Source: a virus
Taxonomy: Duplodnaviria > Caudoviricetes
DNA: 27,167 nucleotides
IMG/VR virus record: IMGVR_UViG_3300029319_000396
Span: 1 to 27,167 of that record
Direction: 5' to 3' (one strand)
Shown here: positions 9,663-17,754 of the stretch, in pieces
Position numbering within the stretch: the stretch's first letter is position 1
Layout: every line of letters starts with the position of its first letter
Notes under the pieces: model-generated
What the model saw: the letters and a program-made list of their open reading frames with translations, nothing else
The model's database searches: none
What the model was told of the DNA's origin: nothing
Translations under genes and position numbers: made by a program

Positions 9663-10073
9663 ATGCCTTCTTCCGCATCCAGAAAAGGCTACAAAGGTGA
9701 AGTCGAGGTCGTAGAATTGCTCCGCGATCTTGGCTTCACCGCCGAGCGTTCATGGGGAAGTGATGGGCGCAGCTTTGGCGAAAAAAGTGATATAGATGTC
9801 AAAGCTACTAAAGGCGATCTTACCATCCTGGTACAAGTAAAGAGAAGAAAGAAGATCGCAGGATTTTTAGATTTTAAGAATGCAGATGTAGTGATGGTCA
9901 GGCAAGATAGAAAGCCTTGGTTATGGATTGCAAAGCATTCATGGATGAAAAATTTATTTAAACGCGGAGTCGTAGAAACCCATAACCAAGAAAATGGCGT
10001 GTCTAATGATCGTGATAGTCAAGACTCCGCGAAATTTAAGGAGAGAGAAAATGACAACAACAAGAACATGTAA
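9663..10073 (+). CDS. Hjc-like Holliday junction resolvase (PD-(D/E)XK)
   Basis: SRKGYKGEVEVVELL...G..A.R...SDID...VQVKRRK motif order of Hjc-type resolvases. Confidence 0.75.
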   Translation: MPSSASRKGYKGEVEVVELLRDLGFTAERSWGSDGRSFGEKSDIDVKATKGDLTILVQVKRRKKIAGFLDFKNADVVMVRQDRKPWLWIAKHSWMKNLFKRGVVETHNQENGVSNDRDSQDSAKFKERENDNNKNM

Positions 10074-10470
10074 AGGTTGCAACGTTAGTATGGATTTATC
10101 TGAGTTTGCTAAAACAGGAATGTATGACAAAGCAGGTAAACCATATAGAAGATATTATTGCACGAAGTATGGTTGCTATTGGGATCATAAAAAGAAATCA
10201 CCAAATGGTAGGATGTCAAAAGCAAAAAAGATAAGAGAGTATAAAGAACAATTACATTGTGTTGAATGTAATTATTCAAAAGAATCAAGAGGTAAAAAGT
10301 TTTCTACATGGGCATTACAATTTCATCACCATGACCATACTAAGGAAGCTAACGTAGGTAATATGTTGCGAGATGGATTTGGACTAAGAAAGATATTTCA
10401 AGAAATAAAAAAATGTATTGTTTTGTGTGCGAATTGTCACATGGAATTACATGGACATCAAAACTACTAA
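10051..10470 (+). CDS. HNH endonuclease with zinc-binding motifs
   Basis: CVEC...LQFHH...EIKKCIVLCANCHMELH; ATG at 10051 follows AAGGAGAGAG. Confidence 0.8.
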   Translation: MTTTRTCKGCNVSMDLSEFAKTGMYDKAGKPYRRYYCTKYGCYWDHKKKSPNGRMSKAKKIREYKEQLHCVECNYSKESRGKKFSTWALQFHHHDHTKEANVGNMLRDGFGLRKIFQEIKKCIVLCANCHMELHGHQNY

Positions 10471-10646
10471 TGCCATATCCAATGAAAAAGAAAATTAACG
10501 CAAAAGCAGCTATGGTTAGCATAGTTTCAAAGAGTGTATTAAAAGCACTAGAAAAGCACATACCAGATGAAGATAAGCGTGTTGATGTTGCGCTGGATGT
10601 ATGTGATGATATTTTAAGAACGTTACAACGCAGGAGAGAGGAATGA
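10470..10646 (+). CDS. Hypothetical protein
   Basis: TAATG-coupled ATG at 10470; stop overlaps the next start (ATGA). Confidence 0.55.
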   Translation: MPYPMKKKINAKAAMVSIVSKSVLKALEKHIPDEDKRVDVALDVCDDILRTLQRRREE

Positions 10647-11056
10647 AATACAACGAATTTAATCAATTAAGAGATAGTTTTTTTAAAACTGCATCTGAGG
10701 TAAGTGATAACAAATCAATCGAATATACGATTAGTAATGATGATAAACTGTATAATTTTAAGCACGTAGCGGATCGGCTTGGAATTACACCAAAGCAGGC
10801 ACTAATGGTATATGTATTGAAACATGTTGATGCGCTGGCTAATGATGCAAAGACAGGCAAAACCCATAGTGATGAAACCACATATAATCGTTGTCTCGAT
10901 GTGTCTAATTACATGGTGCTTTTGGCTGCTATCGATAAGGAAAATCCACATGCAAATAAGACTAAGTCAAATGGAACTAGCCATAGCGAAGGGCGTAGCA
11001 CAAGCAAAAATGAATCAGAATCAACGCAATGGAGTGACATCTCGCGGTCAGCGTGA
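10643..11056 (+). CDS. Nucleotide-modification-associated alpha-helical domain protein (Nmad1/DUF1599-like, MazG-fold relative)
   Basis: K..EY...D.LYNF...A...G......LKH....D..NY..L pattern typical of this phage family; recognised by eye only. Confidence 0.55.
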   Translation: MKYNEFNQLRDSFFKTASEVSDNKSIEYTISNDDKLYNFKHVADRLGITPKQALMVYVLKHVDALANDAKTGKTHSDETTYNRCLDVSNYMVLLAAIDKENPHANKTKSNGTSHSEGRSTSKNESESTQWSDISRSA

Positions 11057-11465
11057 TTTAACCATAGATATGCGTGGAGTGTGCGGAGAACTCGCTGTGT
11101 GTAAAAAATATAATGCCTATCCTGACTTTGTAATTGGACCACATTACAGTGGCTATGATCTTAGTATTAATGATGTAAAGATTGATGTTAAGACTACAAA
11201 GTATAATCCTGGGTATTTACAAGCAAAGCTGAAAAAAAACGTAAAAGACTGTGATGCATTTATATTAGTGCATGATGCAAGTCCTGTATTTACGTTGCTA
11301 GGCTGGGCAAAGTCTGAAGAGTTACTATCCGAATCAAATATAAAAGATACTGGCTATGGTCCTAACTATAATATGGATAGTACATCGTTAAGATCAATAG
11401 AGCATTTTCAAACGTATGTAGATAGAAGAAATAAATTTGATTCAATATATGAGGCTTTAAAATAG
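10950..11465 (+). CDS. Putative PD-(D/E)XK nuclease
   Basis: GVCGELAV...GYDL....IDVKTT motif; ATG at 10950 with AAGGA upstream preferred over 10824. Confidence 0.6.
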   Translation: MQIRLSQMELAIAKGVAQAKMNQNQRNGVTSRGQRDLTIDMRGVCGELAVCKKYNAYPDFVIGPHYSGYDLSINDVKIDVKTTKYNPGYLQAKLKKNVKDCDAFILVHDASPVFTLLGWAKSEELLSESNIKDTGYGPNYNMDSTSLRSIEHFQTYVDRRNKFDSIYEALK

Positions 11466-11466
11466 T

Positions 11467-11853
11467 ATGCTAAGTCAATTTAAAGGTGCAATAGGTGAGC
11501 TTGCAGTGCAAAAAGATTTATTAATCCAAGGATATAATGTTTATCAGCCACTTGTAGATGCGGACCAAGTAGATCTGGTAGTTGAAATGAACAATGGATC
11601 AATGAAGAGAGTGCAGATAAAATCAGTTTCCCATAAAACAAAACGAACAGCAGTTGAGGTAAACTTGAGTAAATATAAAAATACAAATCGAGTGGATGTG
11701 GTTGCAGTATATTATTGTCCAAAAGACATAATTGCTTATGTGCCTTACGAAAACACACATCATTTAACATTAGCATTAACGACAGGTAAGAATAATCAGA
11801 GCAAAGGCAGGAAGTGGTTTTATTCTTACGAAAGATTTCCAGAGTTTAGCTGA
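11467..11853 (+). CDS. PD-(D/E)XK endonuclease (PDDEXK_5-like)
   Basis: KGAIGELAV...GYNVYQP....VDLVVE.....RVQIKS...VDVVAVY pattern. Confidence 0.72.
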   Translation: MLSQFKGAIGELAVQKDLLIQGYNVYQPLVDADQVDLVVEMNNGSMKRVQIKSVSHKTKRTAVEVNLSKYKNTNRVDVVAVYYCPKDIIAYVPYENTHHLTLALTTGKNNQSKGRKWFYSYERFPEFS

Positions 11854-12071
11854 TGATAGAATATTACGCAGGAAGTATCCAGTATGATACTGATGATTTA
11901 CAAACAGCCGATGAGGTTATTACAAGGCTAGACTTAAAAGATTTAATTAAAGACCTTAAAAAATTAAAAAATTTAAGAAGAGGTGGAGAGCTATTGTTTG
12001 CTGCGCAGATATTGTTTGATGGCTCTGAAGTAGATATAACTAACCAAGTAAGGAGAGAGATAAATGGATGA
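11853..12071 (+). CDS. Hypothetical protein
   Basis: 72 aa, TGATG-coupled to the upstream gene. Confidence 0.6.
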   Translation: MIEYYAGSIQYDTDDLQTADEVITRLDLKDLIKDLKKLKNLRRGGELLFAAQILFDGSEVDITNQVRREING

Positions 12072-12300
12072 TGTATTCAACTGGAGTAAAACTATATTTG
12101 AGTATAATAAGAATCAAGATCGCAAGAATACCGATGCATTTAAGGCAGATGAGCATATATATCACTGTACTGCCTGCAATCGGTGCTGGGAGAGATCTAA
12201 ACAAACAACAAAGTACCATATAGAGTATTACGAAGATTTTGTGACATATGGTAAAGAAAAAAAAATTTGTAATCAATGCACACCTGACGCAAATGTCTAA
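12064..12300 (+). CDS. Small zinc-finger-like protein
   Basis: CTAC...CNQC pairs; AAGGAG RBS. Confidence 0.6.
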   Translation: MDDVFNWSKTIFEYNKNQDRKNTDAFKADEHIYHCTACNRCWERSKQTTKYHIEYYEDFVTYGKEKKICNQCTPDANV

Positions 12301-12357
12301 AAGGATGACATATGTATATTCCTTGGTTTGGCTATGGTTGAGGCAGCCATGTCAGGT

Positions 12358-13665
12358 GTGAAACTTTTAGACCTATTTAGTGGCATAGGTGGATTCCATT
12401 TAGGCTTTGAACGTGCAGGCTTTGAGTTTGATTACGTTGGATTTGCCGAGGTAGACAAATATGCCAGTGCAGTATATAAATATAACAATCCATTTGCAGA
12501 GGAGTTAGGAGATGTTAAATCTATTCGATCAGAAAACCTTCCCAAAATCGACATTATCACTTTTGGATCACCTTGCCAAGATTTTAGTATCGCTGGAAAG
12601 CGCGCTGGGGCAACTGAAGGAACGCGCAGTTCTCTTATTTGGGAAGCAATTAGGCTCATCACTGAGTGCAAACCACGTGTTTTTGTCTGGGAAAATGTTA
12701 AAGGAACATTCTCCTCAAACGATGGCGCAGACTTTTGGGCAATTATCCAAGCCTTTACCAACATTGGGAGCTATCGACTCGAATGGCAACTGCTTAATAC
12801 ACGCTGGTTTCTACCCCAAAATAGAGAGCGGTTATACCTTGTCGGATATACTGGAGACAGAGGTGGACGATCGGTATTTCCTATCGGAGAAGATGGTAAA
12901 GCAATTACAAGTAAGCGCAAATCGAGGAATGCCGTCTCCTGTATTGATGCATCCTACCACAAAGGACCAGATGGAAAAAGAACAATGATTAATGTGGTGG
13001 GATCAACTTTAAGCACTGGAGCAAAAGGAACAAATTCTAGACATTGGGTTTATGATAGCGATGGTATTACTGGTGCTTTATCAGCAACAGATTATAAACA
13101 ACCTAAACAAATTAAAATTGCAGACTATCGCAACGATGAAGGACTGCGTGTACGTAAAGATAGTGTGTCACCTACGTTGGCTACGCGTAAGCATTCTCAG
13201 ACAGATATAAGCACCATGCCGCCGTTTGTGTGGAAAGATACAGTTCAACCAGTAATCGATCCACGAAGGCACAATAAATCACAGAATGGTTGTTTAATAA
13301 AAGAAGATGGCGAAGATATGTTTACGCTTACGCAACAAGATCAGCATGGCGTTATGGTAAAATCTGTACGATCGGCAGGTAATAAGGATGGAAGCAGATA
13401 TTATTACGAAGATGATGTTACGCAAACTATAGCTTCTAATCCAACATCTGATAATCTTCCAATGGTTAATCAAACTTCCATACGCAGACTTACGCCTGTG
13501 GAATGTATGCGCTTACAAGGCTTTCCAGATAATCACAATGAGTTTGGATTGTTAGATGGCAAGAAGGTTGCTATTAGTGATACACAAAGATATAAACAAG
13601 CTGGTAATGCAGTGACTGTGGATGTAGTTGCAGCAGTAGCCAGGAAAATAAAGGAGTTATTATGA
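12358..13665 (+). CDS. DNA (cytosine-5)-methyltransferase
   Basis: Motif I LDLFSGIGG, IV GSPCQDFS, VI WENVKG, VIII PQNRERLY, RRLTPVECMRLQGFP, X YKQAGNAV. Start probably GTG 12358 or ATG 12349. Confidence 0.95.
   Translation: MKLLDLFSGIGGFHLGFERAGFEFDYVGFAEVDKYASAVYKYNNPFAEELGDVKSIRSENLPKIDIITFGSPCQDFSIAGKRAGATEGTRSSLIWEAIRLITECKPRVFVWENVKGTFSSNDGADFWAIIQAFTNIGSYRLEWQLLNTRWFLPQNRERLYLVGYTGDRGGRSVFPIGEDGKAITSKRKSRNAVSCIDASYHKGPDGKRTMINVVGSTLSTGAKGTNSRHWVYDSDGITGALSATDYKQPKQIKIADYRNDEGLRVRKDSVSPTLATRKHSQTDISTMPPFVWKDTVQPVIDPRRHNKSQNGCLIKEDGEDMFTLTQQDQHGVMVKSVRSAGNKDGSRYYYEDDVTQTIASNPTSDNLPMVNQTSIRRLTPVECMRLQGFPDNHNEFGLLDGKKVAISDTQRYKQAGNAVTVDVVAAVARKIKELL
12722..12988 (+). CDS. Nested alternative-frame ORF, putative methyltransferase beta-like subunit
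   Basis: +1 frame inside the MTase (open from 12512) encodes YTLSDILETEVDDRYFLSEK, a segment conserved in C5 MTases and missing from the main frame; start uncertain. Confidence 0.6.
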   Translation: MAQTFGQLSKPLPTLGAIDSNGNCLIHAGFYPKIESGYTLSDILETEVDDRYFLSEKMVKQLQVSANRGMPSPVLMHPTTKDQMEKEQ

Positions 13666-13829
13666 GTTTTTGGCTACAATCATTATCCGAAAATGGATTT
13701 GATGTATTTACCTTAGTGTATATCGCAGTGCTGCTTATTGTGTATCATTACTTGATGCGCTGGTATATACATAAAGAATTAGCAGAAATAAAAGAAATGT
13801 TGATGGATTTATATTATGATCTTGATTGA
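13662..13829 (+). CDS. Small membrane protein (55 aa)
   Basis: AAGGAG RBS, ATGA overlap with the MTase stop; MSFWLQSLSENGFDVFTLVYIAVLLIVYHYLMRW... has one hydrophobic helix. Confidence 0.65.
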   Translation: MSFWLQSLSENGFDVFTLVYIAVLLIVYHYLMRWYIHKELAEIKEMLMDLYYDLD

Positions 13830-13926
13830 TATATCAGAATACCTGCTAAATGGAATATTGGCACTCATTATAGTGCATTATATATTGTTTTTAATTAATA
13901 CATATAAAAGGAAAGAGAATGAGTAA
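13816..13926 (+). CDS. Small membrane protein (36 aa)
   Basis: MILIDISEYLLNGILALIIVHYILFLINTYKRKENE; overlaps both neighbours and fills the gap. Confidence 0.5.
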   Translation: MILIDISEYLLNGILALIIVHYILFLINTYKRKENE

Positions 13927-14575
13927 AACAAAGCTACATGGACAGAATTATGTCCTTCAGAATGGCAATCGTGCTAGTTCTGTAACTACAATCATCAACG
14001 CTATGTTAGGATGGAATAAGAATACATTGATTGCGTGGGCAAAGCGGATGACTGCGCAGGGTGAGGATGCAGATGCAGTGATGCGTGAAGCAGGTCGCAT
14101 AGGAACGTTGACACACCTATTAATACAAGGTTTTTTCCAAGGTTTTGATGTTGACACACGTGATTTTACACCTAATCAAGAAGAAAAAGCACTCAAAGCA
14201 TTCTTTGGTTTTAAAGAATGGTACGAAGGCGCAGGCATGAAAATATTAGCCAGTGAACTTGTCCTGGTAAATGAAGAGTTGCAGGTTGGTGGTACAGTAG
14301 ATGCCATTGCGAAGAAAGATAATGAATTGATTGTGGTGGACTGGAAAACTTCAAAAGGTGGGCCATATCCAGAAATGATTGTGCAATTAGGCGCGTACAC
14401 ATTTATGTACGAAGCTGCGCAGCCAAAGGCCAAAGTATCTCATGGTATTATAATGCGTTTTGGTAAGGAAGATGGCAAGTTTCATCAACATGTAATTGAT
14501 CGCAAAAAGCTAGACGCTGGTGCGCAGGTTTTTAAGCATTGCTGCGCACTAAATAAGTTGCGCAGTGCGCTGTGA
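13919..14575 (+). CDS. PD-(D/E)XK exonuclease (Cas4/lambda-exo-like)
   Basis: SVTTII...GTLTH...SE......GGTVDAI.......VDWKTS.......QLGAY motif series. Confidence 0.82.
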   Translation: MSKTKLHGQNYVLQNGNRASSVTTIINAMLGWNKNTLIAWAKRMTAQGEDADAVMREAGRIGTLTHLLIQGFFQGFDVDTRDFTPNQEEKALKAFFGFKEWYEGAGMKILASELVLVNEELQVGGTVDAIAKKDNELIVVDWKTSKGGPYPEMIVQLGAYTFMYEAAQPKAKVSHGIIMRFGKEDGKFHQHVIDRKKLDAGAQVFKHCCALNKLRSAL

Positions 14576-16422
14576 TTCGCTTAGAGGATGTATTTACTCG
14601 CATATCAAATAATCGGTTACGAGCTTGGTGTCCTGAGTGTGATCTAGGCTCTAATCGTCCTCAAGGTACAGTAACTATTAATGAGGACTATGCCTTTTGT
14701 CATAAGTGTCAAAAAACATGGCATTTTGATGAAGATGAGAAAATACAGAAGAGAGAAGAATACGTACTAAGTAATACTAAAGCTGTTGTATCTGTAGACA
14801 AAGGTGGCTACGCAGATGCGCGGAATGCATTTATAAATGGATGGCAAAAGTTTGTAAAGGCTATGGACCTGCCTTGGAATGATCAATGTCTTAAAATGCC
14901 TGTAGGCGTGCGAAAGAATGATGATGGCAAGCCACAGCTAGTATTTCAAATCAATGATAATCATGTAAAGCATCATAAAGGAAAGCAGTTCGGTGATGCG
15001 CAGTGTAAGATGTTTGGAACTCCGCAACTCTCCAAAGACTATCTTGTATTGTGCGAAGGTGAAAAAGATGTAGTCACCGCTTACTGCCAAGGCGCACCTG
15101 CGATTACGTTTACGTCTGGTGCAGGTGCGCTGCCTGCTGAATTAACCATGCCTACAGGATATAATAAACTATATATCATATACGATAACGATGAAAAAGG
15201 TATAGAAGGCTCGAAAAAGGTAGCAAAACGGCTGTTTTCTAAGGAATTGGAGTTGTATGCCGTTGATTGGAAAGATAAACCTTCTGGTTATGATATAACT
15301 GACTGGTTTAGTGATGGTAATACGCTGGAAAACCTGCTTAGTTTGTGTGTTAGGTATGGGGAGAGCGCGGTGGATCTGGGTGGTATGCAGTCGTTTAGCA
15401 TGTCGCAGTTTCGGACCACATTTAATCAGTTACCTAAACCGATCATTGATTCGTTGTTTTATGATGGTGATATTATGGGTATCGCAGGTGGTACGAATGT
15501 GGGTAAGTCGGTGTTTAGTTTGCAGTTGTCGATGTGCCTTGCTATGGGTGTGCCGTTTATGAACTATCGGATTCCTACTGCGCAGCGTGTGTTACATGTG
15601 CAGTTTGAGTTGAAGGATGAAAGTTTTAGTGGCCTAATCAGGAATGTAAGTAAGCCGTTGATGGACCAGTATCCGATTGAGTCGGAGAATCTTGATAAGA
15701 ACCTGCGCTTTACTGGTGATGGGCAGTCGAATCTGTTTCAGGATAAATGGGATATAATTGACGCAAATTTAGTGCATGAAGAATATGATGTGTTGGTAGT
15801 GGATAACTTGTATACCAGTACGCAGCTTTCCATGTCTAAGAACTCAGATATAATGGAGTTACTGCGTAAGATTGTAAATATAAAGAAGAAGCATAAGGTG
15901 GCCATCGTGTTGGTGTCGCATCATAAGAAGATTGGTGAGATGACTCCACTGGATGTATCGCAGTTGCTAGGTGGATCTGCGTATTCTAACTTTCTGGATT
16001 GTTTGGTGCAGATGGCCGATGCTAGGCGTGTTCCTGGATTGAAGGTAATGAAGATAACGAAGGTGCGCAGTCATAACGAATTGCATAATGTACCAGTTGG
16101 GATTAAGATGATTAATATTGATGAAGAAGATCGGCGTGAATTGTATTTTAAATATATGAAGCCACTTCCTAAAAATGAGATGTATTGGTATAGCGATCCG
16201 AAGGAGTCGAATGAAGAACGCGTGCTTGCTGCGGTTATGACAGATGGTCATAATTTTAGTACCACTGCGTTTGCGTCTGCGCTGGAAAGTGTGATGAAGT
16301 TAACAAGCAATGCAGCCGTTTATAATTGGTTAAGAAAAATGGAGAGTCAAGGTCTCATTCGTAAACTTGAACATGGGCATTATTGTAAAGTAACTACTGA
16401 ATTAGATGATTTTCTTGATTAA
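14572..16422 (+). CDS. Primase-helicase (Zn finger, Toprim, RecA-like/AAA_25 helicase, C-terminal wHTH)
   Basis: CPEC...CHKC; LCEGEKD, YDND..G, DITDW (Toprim); Walker A GGTNVGKS; Walker B LVVDNL; LVSHHKK; GGSA. Confidence 0.88.
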   Translation: MIRLEDVFTRISNNRLRAWCPECDLGSNRPQGTVTINEDYAFCHKCQKTWHFDEDEKIQKREEYVLSNTKAVVSVDKGGYADARNAFINGWQKFVKAMDLPWNDQCLKMPVGVRKNDDGKPQLVFQINDNHVKHHKGKQFGDAQCKMFGTPQLSKDYLVLCEGEKDVVTAYCQGAPAITFTSGAGALPAELTMPTGYNKLYIIYDNDEKGIEGSKKVAKRLFSKELELYAVDWKDKPSGYDITDWFSDGNTLENLLSLCVRYGESAVDLGGMQSFSMSQFRTTFNQLPKPIIDSLFYDGDIMGIAGGTNVGKSVFSLQLSMCLAMGVPFMNYRIPTAQRVLHVQFELKDESFSGLIRNVSKPLMDQYPIESENLDKNLRFTGDGQSNLFQDKWDIIDANLVHEEYDVLVVDNLYTSTQLSMSKNSDIMELLRKIVNIKKKHKVAIVLVSHHKKIGEMTPLDVSQLLGGSAYSNFLDCLVQMADARRVPGLKVMKITKVRSHNELHNVPVGIKMINIDEEDRRELYFKYMKPLPKNEMYWYSDPKESNEERVLAAVMTDGHNFSTTAFASALESVMKLTSNAAVYNWLRKMESQGLIRKLEHGHYCKVTTELDDFLD

Positions 16423-16558
16423 GCAGAAAAGCAGAAAATGAAGAATATGCAGAATTTGATATTTCGGTCAACACTAAAAAGCAGAATTTGAATTACGCAT
16501 TTTATAGAGAAGAGAGAGAGAGATATTCTTCATATTCTTCATATTCTGCATATTCTTC
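16423..16558. repeat. Inverted arrays of 9-bp iteron-like repeats; candidate replication origin
   Basis: Four tandem ATATTCT(T/G)C units (16523-16558) facing G(C/A)AGAA(A/T)-type units (16423-16457, 16481-16489); perfect 16-bp inverted repeat 16440-16455/16543-16558. Confidence 0.7.
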
Positions 16559-16564
16559 GTATCG

Positions 16565-16777
16565 ATGATTTACCCTGAAAAGTGCGTACTTTCGGATAAG
16601 AAAGAGAATTACTGCGAGTTTGCTCAAAACATACGTGGCGAGACTCATTGTGCGCTGGTTTTGGAGTGGTGGCATGACACCAGAGTTAGCCAGTTAGATA
16701 AGTGTTTTTTGAAAATTAAGAATCGCGCCAAGTTGTCATGGCGCAACCGACAAATCAAAAAACAAAAATTACCCTGA
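16565..16777 (+). CDS. Small Cys-rich hypothetical protein
   Basis: 70 aa ORF with four Cys and a basic C-terminus; no clear SD. Confidence 0.5.
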   Translation: MIYPEKCVLSDKKENYCEFAQNIRGETHCALVLEWWHDTRVSQLDKCFLKIKNRAKLSWRNRQIKKQKLP

Positions 16778-16812
16778 GTGCAAAATATAAAATTACCCTG
16801 CGCCTAAAATAT
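16765..16812 (+). repeat. Tandem 24-bp imperfect direct repeat
   Basis: AAAATTACCCTG-agtgc-AAAATAT followed by AAAATTACCCTG-cgcct-AAAATAT. Confidence 0.8.
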
Positions 16813-16885
16813 AATAGCCAAATATGACTCAAAAAAAGTGTTCAAAAATCGATCAAAAATGCAAAAAAAGTGGATCAAAAAATAA

Positions 16886-16913
16886 TATGTGCATAAAAAA
16901 GATTATGTATAAT
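16886..16913 (+). other. dif-like XerC/XerD site (left, degenerate)
   Basis: TATGTGCATAA-AAAAGA-TTATGTATAAT, 11-6-11 architecture; right arm identical to that of the site at 19661. Confidence 0.55.
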
Positions 16914-16926
16914 TGCAATTTTGAGC

Positions 16927-16959
16927 AAAAAAAAACCACTTTTTCAAGTGGCTTTTTTT
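16927..16959. terminator. Bidirectional intrinsic terminator
   Basis: A9-CCACTT-tttc-AAGTGG-c-T7 between convergent transcription units. Confidence 0.7.
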
Positions 16960-17145
16960 GTTTAGTGTTGTTTAGTTATTCCAATTCTTTTTTTATGAGT
17001 TTAAATGCATAATAAAGCGCAAAAAATGGAATAAATGTAAAGTAGTTGGCATGTATTTTAGTAAATGATCTTTTATTTTGTTTAGTGTGTTTTATTGGTA
17101 GTAATCCAATAAAAAGCAAAATTAAACATAAATAAAAAGATCTTT

Positions 17146-17229
17146 TTAAATACTTATACACTGAACCAACCAAACTAAAACGCATATTATTAAGTATAAA
17201 TGCGCTATTTTTTCGAGTGTTTTAAGCAT
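17146..17229 (-). CDS. Small hydrophobic peptide (27 aa)
   Basis: AAGGAAATAAC-ATG; MLKTLEKIAHLYLIICVLVWLVQCISI. Confidence 0.5.
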   Translation of the reverse strand: MLKTLEKIAHLYLIICVLVWLVQCISI

Positions 17230-17243
17230 GTTATTTCCTTTTT

Positions 17244-17483
17244 TTAATAAAGTATAGATGAAACATAATTCCATCTTTCATCATTTGAAGAAATCAAATT
17301 AAAATAAAAGATTAATTGATTACTATCATCTATATCAAATGAAGTGATTTCTCTTGTAATGACATCACCTTCAAAAAAGAATGTTACCGATGATCCCATT
17401 ATTAAAGTTCTTTTAATTCTACTATTTTTAAAAAAATAATTATCTTTTGATCGTTCTTTTATTATTATTTTTTCTTTATACAT
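17244..17483 (-). CDS. Hypothetical protein
   Basis: 79 aa ORF starting 2 nt after the upstream stop in the minus-strand operon. Confidence 0.6.
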   Translation of the reverse strand: MYKEKIIIKERSKDNYFFKNSRIKRTLIMGSSVTFFFEGDVITREITSFDIDDSNQLIFYFNLISSNDERWNYVSSILY

Positions 17484-17485
17484 TT

Positions 17486-17734
17486 TTACGCCTTTGCTTT
17501 TGGTTTTTTTTCTAATTCACTTTCAAAATGATCTAAAGCATTTTCAATAGTTTGTTTAGCAATTTCAGAATTAGGCGCAACTCTATAAATCATATTAAAT
17601 ACAGAGTATAAAATACCATTAATAATTGCAAGAATATCATATTCTAAAAACTCATCTAAAGAATGTAACCAAATATCAGTAGTTCTAATTATTTCATTAT
17701 ATTCTTTTTCGATTTGTTTAACTGGTTTTTCCAT
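17486..17734 (-). CDS. Hypothetical protein
   Basis: Start reassigned to the ATG at 17734 (MEKPVKQ...), preceded by AAGGAAATAACAAA. Confidence 0.7.
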   Translation of the reverse strand: MEKPVKQIEKEYNEIIRTTDIWLHSLDEFLEYDILAIINGILYSVFNMIYRVAPNSEIAKQTIENALDHFESELEKKPKAKA

Positions 17735-17754
17735 TTTGTTATTTCCTTTTATTT

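Noticed and set aside
10824-10949. Upstream start for the 213-aa ORF
   Set aside because: Would overlap the core of the Nmad1-like gene; ATG 10950 has an SD.
10051-11853. Group I intron around the HNH or PD-(D/E)XK genes
   Set aside because: Genes are tightly coupled, with no interrupted host gene or room for an intron core.
11890-11920. CTGATGA on the plus strand as a third hammerhead
   Set aside because: No matching stems or GAAA...UH arrangement; lies within coding sequence.
16423-16812. CRISPR array or transposon ends
   Set aside because: Repeats are short and tandem without unique spacers; no cas or transposase gene.
16824-17012. 62-aa plus-strand ORF
   Set aside because: Made of A-tracts and runs across the dif-like site and terminator; probably non-coding.
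16976-17185. 69-aa minus-strand ORF
   Set aside because: No convincing RBS, and its start overlaps the better-supported 27-aa ORF in another frame; left uncalled, though a small gene here is possible.
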